From: Syntrophorhabdaceae bacterium
GTDB taxonomy: Bacteria > Desulfobacterota > Syntrophorhabdia > Syntrophorhabdales > Syntrophorhabdaceae
NCBI GenBank assembly: GCA_963665295.1
Contig: OY762209.1
Span: forward strand, 2,176,001 to 2,240,000
Length of the DNA: 64,000 bases
Direction: 5' to 3'
The translations under genes and the position numbers were made by a program. A model generated the notes under the pieces. It was given only the letters and a program-made list of their open reading frames with translations. It made no database searches and had not been told where the DNA came from. Below are positions 1 through 8,892 of the stretch, piece by piece. Numbering within the stretch: the stretch's first letter is position 1; the number at the start of each line of letters is the position of its first letter.

Positions 1-116
1 CGCCCGGCAGGGGTAGGATAATGGCTTCAGGAAGGAAGGCAAAAATGTTTTTTTATGAGAACCTGCCCATTACGTGCAGAAAGCGTTCAATCGACGAAAC
101 AGAGTGAGGTACTGCT

Positions 117-189
117 TTCAGGAAGGAGCCGCGGGCGGTCCGAAAGAAATGGGGTTGCCAATTGAACTATTGAAGGATGTCCCGGTAGC
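117..189. repeat. Direct repeat copy 1 (~75 bp; second copy at 1827-1904)
   Basis: TTCAGGAAGGAGCCGCGGGCGGT...CAATTGAACTATTGAAGGATGTCCCGGTAGC occurs here and at 1827-1904, with small indels in the middle. Confidence 0.9.
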
Positions 190-303
190 TCTCCGCTCGG
201 ACAAAAGAGGCCGTGCGATCATCTGAAATAACGGTGAGACTCTACAGAAACGCGGCGGCGGGTGACGGGAACGAATCTCAGATCGAGTCTCAGCTACTAC
301 ACG

Positions 304-522
304 CTAAGCGGCCACGGTGTGAATGTCAGAGGGAAGTCGGCTCAGAATCAATTCCTTAAGTTGAATCTTCGTGCTTGCGTTGTCGATGTCGATGCCCACC
401 AGATTGCCCTCAGCGTCATAATCCAGGACGATGCCTTCCGAGACCTCTCTGCTCTCGGCACTTTCTTTTTCCGAAAGATCAATATAGAGGGAATCGGTCT
501 CCGGGTAATAATTAAGTTTCAT
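304..522 (-). CDS. DUF2283-family small protein (putative antitoxin)
   Basis: 72 aa MKLNYYPETDSLYIDLSE...EVSEGIVLDYDAEGNLVGIDI is the typical DUF2283 pattern; ATGA overlap with the upstream ORF. Confidence 0.85.
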   Translation of the reverse strand: MKLNYYPETDSLYIDLSEKESAESREVSEGIVLDYDAEGNLVGIDIDNASTKIQLKELILSRLPSDIHTVAA

Positions 523-758
523 GGCGTAAACCTCCTGTCGGGAAACGAGTGTGGATGGTCTTTTTGTCTGCCAGCGTGACTACTCGCAACACACGGCCTC
601 CAAGTTCGTCGATAATGCCCCAAACGGAAACGGTTCTGCTCTTGCGGCTCGATCCTGATTGGATTTTCGATCACTCGTATACACCATTCCTTCTTCAAGT
701 ATGGCCTCTTCCGCAGAACCTCATCCTCAAAATAAGCAGTGAATCCGTAATCGTCCAT
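519..758 (-). pseudogene. Putative toxin partner of DUF2283 (DUF4258/RelE-like), scrambled by two compensating frameshifts
   Basis: N-terminus FTAYFEDEVLRKRPYLKKEWCIRVIENP and C-terminus FPDRRFTP are in frame; the family-like middle WGIIDELGGRVLRVVTLADKKTIH is in a different frame between ~623 and ~550. Confidence 0.7.
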
Positions 759-895
759 GCAACCCTATTATAACATAACGGCCAGTGCGGTAAAAGTTGT
801 CTCTTGCATCTTAGTCTTTCAGGCGAAGAAGACGGCTAGAACACGTCGTTAAGGAGCGGAGCCCGTTTTTCTGGCCGAATCCGAATGCCTTTCGC

Positions 896-1579
896 TTAGA
901 CCTCCTCACGGAAGTGAGCCCCTTGTCGCAATCTTTGTTGAATATGCCAGATGAGTCGTTCTCTGCTATAAACATCCATTGCACGCATTCCGCTTAACAT
1001 ACCGCCCAGGAAGAAAGGTCTGGTCTTATCGCCACGCGCGTAATGACACCCGTCAGTGGAGTCATACTCCAGCGGAAGATGAGCCTTTATAATTGCAGAA
1101 GCCAAAGCATTAATTACCACTATTAATCTCGGTGTGGATATCTCCAAAGCCTTCGCAAATAGATCGAATTGTTTTTGACCAAAACCGGTCAATTGTCTCT
1201 TTTCGGTATCATAGACCTTGGCCTTTGCCTCTTTTTGTGAGGTTTCCCTCAACATAAAAACGTCTAAATGAGCCCATCGCAGTCGAAGCCTATCAGCTAC
1301 GGTCTTTAAAGGGCTGAAGTAAGGCAAGTGATTTTGCGTCCATCTTTCCTGCCGAATAACCTGCGCCACGTTAATCTTATCTAGGGTCTCTATACCATAA
1401 GGATGATCCCAATTCCGTTCCCGTAGCATCTCAGGAAAGGATGGATTAAGGCTTACGAATAGCGCACACGAGTCTCCACTGGGAGGAAATAGAAGCGGAA
1501 TTTTGTCACCGCGCTCCTCTGGAGAGGCTTCTTTCCAGACACATACAATCTTTTCGTTTATATCCCTATAACTTGGCAT
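896..1579 (-). CDS. Hypothetical protein, possibly uracil-DNA-glycosylase-like fold
   Basis: 227 aa ORF in lower-GC DNA with GGAGAG SD; ALFVSLNPS resembles the UDG-superfamily hhhG.NP motif (weak). Confidence 0.65.
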   Translation of the reverse strand: MPSYRDINEKIVCVWKEASPEERGDKIPLLFPPSGDSCALFVSLNPSFPEMLRERNWDHPYGIETLDKINVAQVIRQERWTQNHLPYFSPLKTVADRLRLRWAHLDVFMLRETSQKEAKAKVYDTEKRQLTGFGQKQFDLFAKALEISTPRLIVVINALASAIIKAHLPLEYDSTDGCHYARGDKTRPFFLGGMLSGMRAMDVYSRERLIWHIQQRLRQGAHFREEV

Positions 1580-1770
1580 TCATCTCTCCATTCTTGAAAC
1601 CATCCGGCGCAGAAGTGGGAACACCGTACGGGACGTTCGTGAAATTGTGACATTTGATATTCCCCAGAGAATCATGCCCCTCATATTGAGTCTATTCTGC
1701 TCCACTGTTAATAAAACTTCAAGCACAATCTTGCGGCCGGGAGCTTGAATGCCTTATCAAAGCCAGCACA

Positions 1771-1817
1771 ACGCCGACCAATGCCGACCAATGCCGACCA
1801 ATGCCGACCAATGCCGA
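1771..1817. repeat. Tandem repeat, 10-bp unit ATGCCGACCA, about 4.7 copies
   Basis: acgccgacca atgccgacca atgccgacca atgccgacca atgccga read directly. Confidence 0.95.
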
Positions 1818-1826
1818 AGGCTCGAC

Positions 1827-1904
1827 TTCAGGAAGGAGCCGCGGGCGGTTCCGAAAAAGATGGGGGTGGTTGTCAATTGAACTATTGAAGGATGTCCCGG
1901 TAGC
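1827..1904. repeat. Direct repeat copy 2 (see 117-189)
   Basis: Same blocks as 117-189. Confidence 0.9.
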
Positions 1905-2062
1905 CCCCCCCTTGAGCGGGGCCATTAGCGCCTTGTACGCCTCTTCGTCTACCGTGAACGACTTGATCTTCTTTGCCATAGTGTCCCACCTTTCCAGATA
2001 TCAGAATCTCCACCAGAAATAAGAGGTTTCATTGTTGTAAGCCGCGGCGTCTAAAGGTATAA

Positions 2063-2779
2063 TTGGAAGCAAATAAGCTTATTACCACCATATATCAGGT
2101 GTTGTCTGTGAATAGATTGCGTGAGCGAGTACGGTTAAGGTTTCGTGGGTCGGGCAGAGAGAGGGGGTTTGGAATCCCGCTGATTCTGGCTTTGACGGCG
2201 TTAATCCTTTTTGGCTGTCAGACGCTGCCGCCGGGAATGGCGCGGGTGAACGCGCCTGGTCAACGGTATGCAGCGAAGGATTTCACAGTTTCTGCTCCAA
2301 AAGGTGAGGAGTGGTATGTGCAGCAGCCGGGCGAGGATTCCATTCTGTTTTACAAGATGGCTGATGTCTCTTCGGCTCATACGATTGTTGCCGGTGTGAA
2401 GCCATTTGTGCCGCCGTCCCTTCCGACGACACGGGGTGAATTTGAGACCCTTCTGAGAGGCACCTTTGAGGAGCAACAAAAGCAATCTAAACGATACGAT
2501 ACAGACTTTGAGGTCGCTCCGGACAGCCTATTTGGAGAATATTCTGTTTTCGTTCATTCACGTTCGAAGGACTTCAATCCGGCAAAATTGCCTTCTGGTG
2601 CCGAATATCTCCTTCTCGATATCTATGGGTACTACATCAGGATCCCGGAGAGCGATACTTTCCTTTATGTATGGTATTCGGAGCGCTGCATGCCCGCAGA
2701 TGCAGATCCGGCCTTGTCGGAAAAGGCCCACCTCTTCTTCGATTCGTTTCAGTTGTCATCCATCAGGAGCGCACCATGA
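2063..2779 (+). CDS. Putative lipoprotein (true start probably downstream of 2063)
   Basis: Hydrophobic stretch ending LILFGC (lipobox-like); ATGA-coupled to the next gene. Confidence 0.65.
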   Translation: MEANKLITTIYQVLSVNRLRERVRLRFRGSGRERGFGIPLILALTALILFGCQTLPPGMARVNAPGQRYAAKDFTVSAPKGEEWYVQQPGEDSILFYKMADVSSAHTIVAGVKPFVPPSLPTTRGEFETLLRGTFEEQQKQSKRYDTDFEVAPDSLFGEYSVFVHSRSKDFNPAKLPSGAEYLLLDIYGYYIRIPESDTFLYVWYSERCMPADADPALSEKAHLFFDSFQLSSIRSAP

Positions 2780-3510
2780 GTGACTCCGTGCCACGAATCG
2801 TCAATAAAGCACTCATCTGTTTGCTCGGATTTCTTCTTGCCGGCTGCCTGCATGTCAGTATTCCCCAGGACAGGTTAGCAGCCATGAAAAGGGTCGGAGT
2901 AGTATCCTTTCTCGGTGATGTGATTGAACTTAGGGACGAACAGTTATTTCCGCCGGGTATCGTCCCGGCACCCTTCGGAGTCCCGAGCTGGGGAATCGAC
3001 CGATATACCCGGGAGTTGGTAGCGGGCGAAATCGTCCGTCACGGCGTGGAGGTCGTTCCCTTTGAGTATGACTACGAGGCGCTTTGGAAGAAGAATTATG
3101 ATGGCCCCGATATCAGGACCTTCAGATTGAGAGATTCCGTTAAGGACGCCCTTTCGGATATCGCCCAGCGCAACGACCTCGATACACTCATCATCGTGTA
3201 TGGTCTGCCAAGCCACGAACCGACTGCCCCATATCAAATTTTACCCATTTGCCTAATCAGGTACCATGGATTTGCCGGGAGATCGGTCAGCTACTATGTG
3301 CGCGCCACGATAAGGGTTCTCGATGGAAAGTCCATGGAGACTGTCGGGAGTGGAGGGTTCTTTTACAAAGAGGCTCTTGATGTGTCTTTCTGGCCTCCTT
3401 TTTCCGACACCAGCCAACTGTTGCTTCTGGAGAGTAAGACAAAGCGCATTATGAAAGAGAAGATTGCTACAGAGGTGAAAGAACTGGGTTTCGACGAAAC
3501 AGCGAAATAA
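2776..3510 (+). CDS. Putative lipoprotein
   Basis: ATG at 2776 after AGGAG; signal peptide ending LLAGC. Confidence 0.75.
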   Translation: MSDSVPRIVNKALICLLGFLLAGCLHVSIPQDRLAAMKRVGVVSFLGDVIELRDEQLFPPGIVPAPFGVPSWGIDRYTRELVAGEIVRHGVEVVPFEYDYEALWKKNYDGPDIRTFRLRDSVKDALSDIAQRNDLDTLIIVYGLPSHEPTAPYQILPICLIRYHGFAGRSVSYYVRATIRVLDGKSMETVGSGGFFYKEALDVSFWPPFSDTSQLLLLESKTKRIMKEKIATEVKELGFDETAK

Positions 3511-3531
3511 ACAGTGACAAGTAGGAAGACC

Positions 3532-3804
3532 TCACGAAGGCCCTCCTCGATCAATTTTCCAAAGCCCCCCGTAAGTGCCCTGAATAACCTTGTCTTTCAA
3601 CTTACTTGTGAGCCTGAATATCCCGAACTCAGCCCCGCAACTGTCGCACCGGAAGTATCTGACTCTCTCCCCACAGAGAAGGCCACCGGGTTTGATGATG
3701 GGAATCACTCCACAGACGGGACAATAACCATTATATATAGTGTCCATAAATCTCTGCACTTGTCGATGTAGGTCAATCGTCGCAGTACCCCTGCGCCTCC
3801 CCAA
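3532..3804 (-). CDS. Small zinc-ribbon-like hypothetical protein
   Basis: CPVC...CDSC cysteine pairs; start uncertain. Confidence 0.35.
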   Translation of the reverse strand: MGRRRGTATIDLHRQVQRFMDTIYNGYCPVCGVIPIIKPGGLLCGERVRYFRCDSCGAEFGIFRLTSKLKDKVIQGTYGGLWKIDRGGPS

Positions 3805-4058
3805 TACAACACATGAAAGTGAATCACGTCTTTTTCTTGATACTCCAATCCTCTTACCTAGGTGACGCCCTTACCCTCATCGCCATAACGCCGACCGAAG
3901 AGGCTCCTGTTCATATCCCTAGTGAATCTCGGGAAGTTGTGGGGAGTCTTATTCGGACCATATATCCGGGCCCGGGCGGGTGTGCCGAGACGGCCGCGGG
4001 CCGGTGCACCTATATGGGCCGACCCCGTGCGGGGGTCAAACAGAGGGTTTTGTCTCAA

Positions 4059-4086
4059 TTGACAACCGGCCATGGGCTGCTATACT
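4059..4086 (+). promoter_or_regulatory. Sigma70-type promoter of the GNAT gene
   Basis: TTGACA-16 nt-TATACT. Confidence 0.6.
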
Positions 4087-4129
4087 TGATATTGATGAAA
4101 TATTTCCCATTTAAAAGGGGGCAACTGTT

Positions 4130-4573
4130 ATGGGCCTTATGGAGCCGGTGAAACTGAGAGTATTGACAATGCGGGACCTCGACGCCGTGGCGGAGATAGA
4201 CTTCGACCTGCTAGGGAAGGATAGAAAGGAATACTGGGAGACGAGGCTTGAACATTCGGCCGTCTTCGGAGTGCCCTGCCTCGCGGCGGAGGTGGACGGC
4301 AAGGTGGTGGGCTTCGTGCTCGGGACTGCGAGCGGCTGGGAGTATGGCATTCCCGAGAATGTGGCGTGGATAGACACGATAGGCGTGGTGAGCGAGTACC
4401 GGAACAACGGCATCGCGCGGCTTCTCCTTAAAGAGATGGTTTCCATGTTCAAGAAGGTGGGCATAGACACGGTGTACATCTTTGTGAATTGGAGGGACTT
4501 GGAGCTGCTTCAGTTTTTTGACAAGATGGGATTCAAACGTGGCGACATGATCAATCTGGAATTGAGCATATAG
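4130..4573 (+). CDS. GNAT-family N-acetyltransferase
   Basis: AWIDTIGVVSEYRNNGIARLLL (acetyl-CoA motif A) and FFDKMGF. Confidence 0.9.
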   Translation: MGLMEPVKLRVLTMRDLDAVAEIDFDLLGKDRKEYWETRLEHSAVFGVPCLAAEVDGKVVGFVLGTASGWEYGIPENVAWIDTIGVVSEYRNNGIARLLLKEMVSMFKKVGIDTVYIFVNWRDLELLQFFDKMGFKRGDMINLELSI

Positions 4574-4782
4574 CGGTGATCCCCCCGGTAACGGCGCTGT
4601 CGCGGAAAGGCCGCGCCTCCTCGTGATCTGATCCCTCTCAAAGACCTGCAGGTTAAGCAGTCCCATTGGACAAGGCTATATAACTGCGCGAAAAGACGGG
4701 TATAATGACGGCGGGAGAGGTCTGCCCAAAGAGGGCGCAGAGGAAAAATAACACCCCCTGAACATCTTTTGTATCTTTTGTC

Positions 4783-4818
4783 TTGACATGAAAGGTGTTC
4801 AAATATAATATTAGAACA
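4783..4818 (+). promoter_or_regulatory. Sigma70 promoter overlapped by an inverted repeat (candidate operator) upstream of the benzoyl-CoA genes
   Basis: TTGACA at 4783; TATAAT/TAATAT at 4804-4811; TGTTCAAATAT-A-ATATTAGAACA at 4796-4818. Confidence 0.6.
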
Positions 4819-4857
4819 AATACATTTTTTCACAATCAAATAGAAAGCGAGGGACCT

Positions 4858-5610
4858 ATGAAGCTAGAGGGCAAGAATGCCGTTGTCACTGGTGGTGGAC
4901 GGGGGGTAGGGAAAGCTATCAGTCTCGGATTTGCGGCGGAAGGCGCAAATGTCGTGGTGAATTATGCCGGAAACCAGACAGCCGCCGATGAAGTGGTAAA
5001 GATGATCCAGGATATGGGCAGGAAGGCGATCGCGGTAAAGGGCGATGTAGGCCAGGAAGAGGATGCGAAGAAAGTTGTAGACGCGTGCGTGGAAAATTTT
5101 GGTTCCATTGAAATACTTGTGAACAACGCGGGAATCTCGAAACCGAGCATGTTACACAAGCTGACCGTACCCACATGGGACGAGGTAGTGAATGTACAGA
5201 TGAGAGGCCCATGGCTTACCATCAAAGCAGCGTCGAAATACTTTATGGAGAAAAAGTACGGGAGGATCATAAACGTCACGTCCGTGGCGGGTGTGGTCGG
5301 GACTACGGGACAGATCAACTATGCCGCGGCTAAGGGCGGGGTTATATCTTTGACCAAATCAGCGGCTCGCGAACTTGCGAAGTACAACGTGACGGCTAAT
5401 GTTATCTCCCTCGGTATAGTTACCACCGATATGACCCACACGATTTCAACCGACGAAAAGCTCAAGGAGATCTATACGAGAAGGATCCTCCTTGGCAGAT
5501 ATGCAGAACCAGAAGATGTGTCACCAGCCTTTGTGTTTTTTGCTTCAGACGACTCAAGATACATTACGGGTCAGCTCCTGGCCGTAGATGGTGGTTACGG
5601 GTTGACGTAA
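4858..5610 (+). CDS. Short-chain dehydrogenase/reductase (FabG-like; possibly a 3-hydroxyacyl-CoA dehydrogenase)
   Basis: TGGGRGVG, NNAG and YAAAK motifs; ATG 4858 after GAGGG. Confidence 0.92.
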   Translation: MKLEGKNAVVTGGGRGVGKAISLGFAAEGANVVVNYAGNQTAADEVVKMIQDMGRKAIAVKGDVGQEEDAKKVVDACVENFGSIEILVNNAGISKPSMLHKLTVPTWDEVVNVQMRGPWLTIKAASKYFMEKKYGRIINVTSVAGVVGTTGQINYAAAKGGVISLTKSAARELAKYNVTANVISLGIVTTDMTHTISTDEKLKEIYTRRILLGRYAEPEDVSPAFVFFASDDSRYITGQLLAVDGGYGLT

Positions 5611-5664
5611 AAAGCAGGGGGGTGATAGTCCGAGTCTGACATTAAATAAATGGGAGGTGTTTCG

Positions 5665-6774
5665 ATGGCTGATGTACCAACAACGATAAAGCAGTGGCAG
5701 ATGGTTCAACCGACTACGTTTAACAGAGAAACAAAAGAGGTGACTCCAGGCAAACTCGCAGTGGCTGAGATACCGGTGCCTGAATTGAAAGAAGGTGAAG
5801 TACTGGTCCAGGTGGCGGGCTGTGGCGTGTGCCATACCGACCTTGGATACTTCTATGATTACGTTCCGACAGTGAGCAAACCACCTCTGGCCCTGGGTCA
5901 TGAGATAGCCGGCGTAGTAGTGGCCGGAGACCCTGCATGGATCGGGAAAGAAGTAATCATTCCCGCAGTTATGCCTTGCAGAAAGTGCATACTCTGTAAG
6001 ACAGGCAGAGGCAACAGATGCCTCGCCCAGAAGATGCCTGGAAACAGCATCGGCGTATACGGCGGTTTCGCAAGCCATATCCCGGTTCCCACGGTAGACC
6101 TTTGCGAAGTGAAGAACAGAGGAAGCTATGCCCTTGAGCAGCTCGCCGTAGTAGCGGACGCAGTTACCACCCCGTATCAGGCAGCGAAAAGAGCAGACCT
6201 GCAGCCTGGCGATAACGTAATCATCATCGGCGCAACCGGTGGCGTAGGCGTATACATGGCACAGACCGCAAAAGCCCTCGGCGCAAAGAGCGTTATCGGT
6301 ATCGCACGTAACCCGGAGAAACTGAAAAGGGCACTGGAATTCGGCTGCGACGCCGTGATCAGCACCCTTGACAAGACAAACAAGGATGTCGTAGGCGAGT
6401 GGAGAGCTTACATGAAGGCGAACGGCCTTGCCAACACAGGCTGGAAGATATTCGAAGTAACAGGTTCAAAGGCCGGACAGGATCTCGCTCTTGACCTTCT
6501 GTCGTTCGTCGGCAAGCTGATCCTCGTCGGTTTCGGCATGGCGAAGACCGAGTATATGTTCTCCAAGCTGATGGCCTTTGACGCGGAAGTTATCGGAACA
6601 TGGGGCTGCCTGCCTGAGTACTATCCGATCGTCCTCGATATGGTCCTCTCCAAGAAGATCGTAATCGATCCGTTTGTCGAAGTAAGGAAGATGAGCACCA
6701 TCGCCGCTACATTTGACGAGATTCACAAAGCAGGTTCTCCTGCGAAGAGGGTAGTGTTAACGCCCGATTTTTAG
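5665..6774 (+). CDS. had: 6-hydroxycyclohex-1-ene-1-carbonyl-CoA dehydrogenase (Zn-dependent ADH family; BamQ)
   Basis: GCGVCHTD, GHE, CRKCILC..C zinc sites; SKLMAFDAEVIGTWGC; adjacent to oah and dch. Confidence 0.9.
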   Translation: MADVPTTIKQWQMVQPTTFNRETKEVTPGKLAVAEIPVPELKEGEVLVQVAGCGVCHTDLGYFYDYVPTVSKPPLALGHEIAGVVVAGDPAWIGKEVIIPAVMPCRKCILCKTGRGNRCLAQKMPGNSIGVYGGFASHIPVPTVDLCEVKNRGSYALEQLAVVADAVTTPYQAAKRADLQPGDNVIIIGATGGVGVYMAQTAKALGAKSVIGIARNPEKLKRALEFGCDAVISTLDKTNKDVVGEWRAYMKANGLANTGWKIFEVTGSKAGQDLALDLLSFVGKLILVGFGMAKTEYMFSKLMAFDAEVIGTWGCLPEYYPIVLDMVLSKKIVIDPFVEVRKMSTIAATFDEIHKAGSPAKRVVLTPDF

Positions 6775-6808
6775 TGACGACTAATAAACCTTATAAGGAG
6801 GAAAAAGT

Positions 6809-7951
6809 ATGTTAAGCTGGATGCCAAGAGAAGAATCAATGAAAGACCATAGCAGACACGGCGAGAACCACTGGGGAACGGAAGCTCCCTGCACCGTGTA
6901 CGAAAAAAAGCCCCTCACCGACCCGAAGGGCAATGTAATCCCGGGTCTCTATACGGCATGGATCAGACTGAACAACCCGAACCAGTATAACTCCTATACC
7001 ACCGAGATGGTAAAAGGCGTAATCGCCGGTTTCGAAAATTCCTCGACAGACCGCTCGGTCGTAGCCGTTGTTTTCACCGGCACAGGCCCGAACGCCTTCT
7101 GTACGGGCGGCAACACGAAAGAGTATTCAGAATATTACAGCATGCGTCCGGAAGAGTACGGCTCATACATGGAACTCTTCAACAACATGGTAGACAGCAT
7201 ATTAATGTGCAAGAAACCGGTCATCAGCCGTGTAAACGGCATGAGAGTTGCCGGCGGCCAGGAAATCGGTCTTGCCTGTGACCTCGCAATCTCCTCCGAC
7301 CTCGCGATCTACGGTCAGGCAGGTCCCCGTCATGGTTCAGCCCCTGTGGGCGGCTCCTCTGACTTCCTTCCGTGGTTCCTTACCGCTGAGGATGCAATGT
7401 GGAACTGCGTAAGCTGCGAAATGTGGTCCGCATATAAGATGAAAGCAAAGAACCTTATCTCCAAGGCAGTGCCTGTCCTGAAAGACGACAAGGGCGCCTG
7501 GGTAAGGAACCCTCAGGTCATCACCGAAGCATACGTCAAAGACGGCGAGATCGTTTATGGCGAGAACAAGACCGGTGACGAGGGCAAAGCGGCAAGAGCA
7601 TGGGTCAACGACAAACTGAAAAAGGGCGAGTATGACTTCTCACTCCTTGACGCAGAAGTCAACAAAGTAGTCTGGACCTTCGCAAATCTGTTCCCCGGCT
7701 GCTTGAACAAGTCAATCGACGGCATCCGTCAGAAAAAGAAATTCTTCTGGGATACCATGAAGAACGACCACAGATACTGGCTGGCCACAAACATGATGGG
7801 AGAAGCCTATCTTGGTTTCGGCGCATTCAACTGCAAGAAGATCACGGGCAGAGACACCATCGATTTCATCAAGAACCGTCAGCTGATCGCCGAAGGCGCA
7901 CTGGTAGACGACAAGTTCTTTGCAGCAGTAATGGGCGAGCCCCTGAAATAG
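6809..7951 (+). CDS. oah: 6-oxocyclohex-1-ene-1-carbonyl-CoA hydrolase (BamA)
   Basis: NPNQYNSYTTEMVKGVI, AFCTGGNTKEYSEYY and GQAGPRHGSAP are BamA/Oah signatures. Confidence 0.95.
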   Translation: MLSWMPREESMKDHSRHGENHWGTEAPCTVYEKKPLTDPKGNVIPGLYTAWIRLNNPNQYNSYTTEMVKGVIAGFENSSTDRSVVAVVFTGTGPNAFCTGGNTKEYSEYYSMRPEEYGSYMELFNNMVDSILMCKKPVISRVNGMRVAGGQEIGLACDLAISSDLAIYGQAGPRHGSAPVGGSSDFLPWFLTAEDAMWNCVSCEMWSAYKMKAKNLISKAVPVLKDDKGAWVRNPQVITEAYVKDGEIVYGENKTGDEGKAARAWVNDKLKKGEYDFSLLDAEVNKVVWTFANLFPGCLNKSIDGIRQKKKFFWDTMKNDHRYWLATNMMGEAYLGFGAFNCKKITGRDTIDFIKNRQLIAEGALVDDKFFAAVMGEPLK

Positions 7952-7965
7952 TAACGAATAAGCAG

Positions 7966-7993
7966 AAGGGGGGGTATATCCCCCCCTTTTTTT
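7966..7993 (+). terminator. Rho-independent terminator after oah
   Basis: AAGGGGGGG-TATAT-CCCCCCCTT followed by a T run. Confidence 0.8.
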
Positions 7994-8112
7994 ACATGTT
8001 TTACATCCATCAGCGTGAGACATGACGGGTAACGCCTGGAATGAGAATCGCAGTGCTTCCTTAACGGCGTTAAGCCGTCCGCGCTCCGCTCAAGAAAGAA
8101 GGGAGAATTACC

Positions 8113-8883
8113 ATGGGCTTTAATCACATCGTATATGAAAAAAAGGATAAGACAGCACGGATAACCCTCAATGTGCCTGTGTCAAACTGGCTCACCATCC
8201 TGATGATGAAAGAGATCAACGAGGTTATCCTTGAGGTAAAGAAGGACCCCACAGTACAGCTCCTGATATTTGACCACGCGGGAGAGAAGGCGTTTTGCGA
8301 CGGCGTTGACGTTGCAGACCACACACCGGACAAAGTTAATGAAATGATCGAAGTGTTCCACAGGATGTTTCGTCTTATGGCCGAACTCGATGCGACTACC
8401 GTGGCAGTGGTGAACGGAAGGTCCCTGGGCGGCGGATGCGAGCTCATGGCCTTCTGCGACATCGTGATCGCCTCTGAGAAATCCAGAATAGGCCAGCCTG
8501 AAATCGCCGTCGGCGTGTTCCCTCCTGTCGCAGCGGCATGGTTCCCGAAGATCATCGGTCTCAAGAAGACCTACGAACTGCTTCTTACGGGAAAGGTCAT
8601 CAGCGCGAAGGAAGCGGAGGCCATCGGCCTCGTCAATGTAGTCCTTCCCGTAGAGAATTTCAAGGAAGGCGTTGAGAAGTTTCTCGCGGAATTCCTGAAC
8701 AAGAGCAGGCCGGTGGCCATGTGGACGAGACGGGCCATCAAAGCCGGACTCAATGTGGATTTTCTCGAAGCCCTCAAGGCATCTGAGATGATTTACCTTC
8801 ACGACTGCATGAAGACGGTAGATGCGAACGAAGGTATTTCTGCATTCATGGAAAAGAGAAAAGCGGTCTGGCAGGATAAGTAG
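8113..8883 (+). CDS. dch: Cyclohexa-1,5-diene-1-carbonyl-CoA hydratase (crotonase family; BamR)
   Basis: AFCDGVDVADH, LGGGCEL, GQPEIAVGVFPP; context with had and oah. Confidence 0.85.
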   Translation: MGFNHIVYEKKDKTARITLNVPVSNWLTILMMKEINEVILEVKKDPTVQLLIFDHAGEKAFCDGVDVADHTPDKVNEMIEVFHRMFRLMAELDATTVAVVNGRSLGGGCELMAFCDIVIASEKSRIGQPEIAVGVFPPVAAAWFPKIIGLKKTYELLLTGKVISAKEAEAIGLVNVVLPVENFKEGVEKFLAEFLNKSRPVAMWTRRAIKAGLNVDFLEALKASEMIYLHDCMKTVDANEGISAFMEKRKAVWQDK

Positions 8884-8892
8884 GACCCTTTC

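Larger units (their letters stand above)
1719..1979 (-). pseudogene. Degraded ribbon-helix-helix-like DNA-binding gene remnant
   Basis: Start MAKKIKSFTVDEEAYKAL has a beta-strand/helix RHH pattern and an AGGTGG SD; the 3' half runs through the direct repeat and tandem repeat and looks non-coding. Confidence 0.4.

Noticed and set aside
190..895. Integron attC sites around the TA pair (TAAC...GTTA words, TGAGACT/AGTCTCA inverted repeat)
   Set aside because: R/L box pairing is poor and no integron integrase is visible; not supportable without IntegronFinder
1771..1817. CRISPR-like array
   Set aside because: 10-bp head-to-tail units with no spacers and no cas genes
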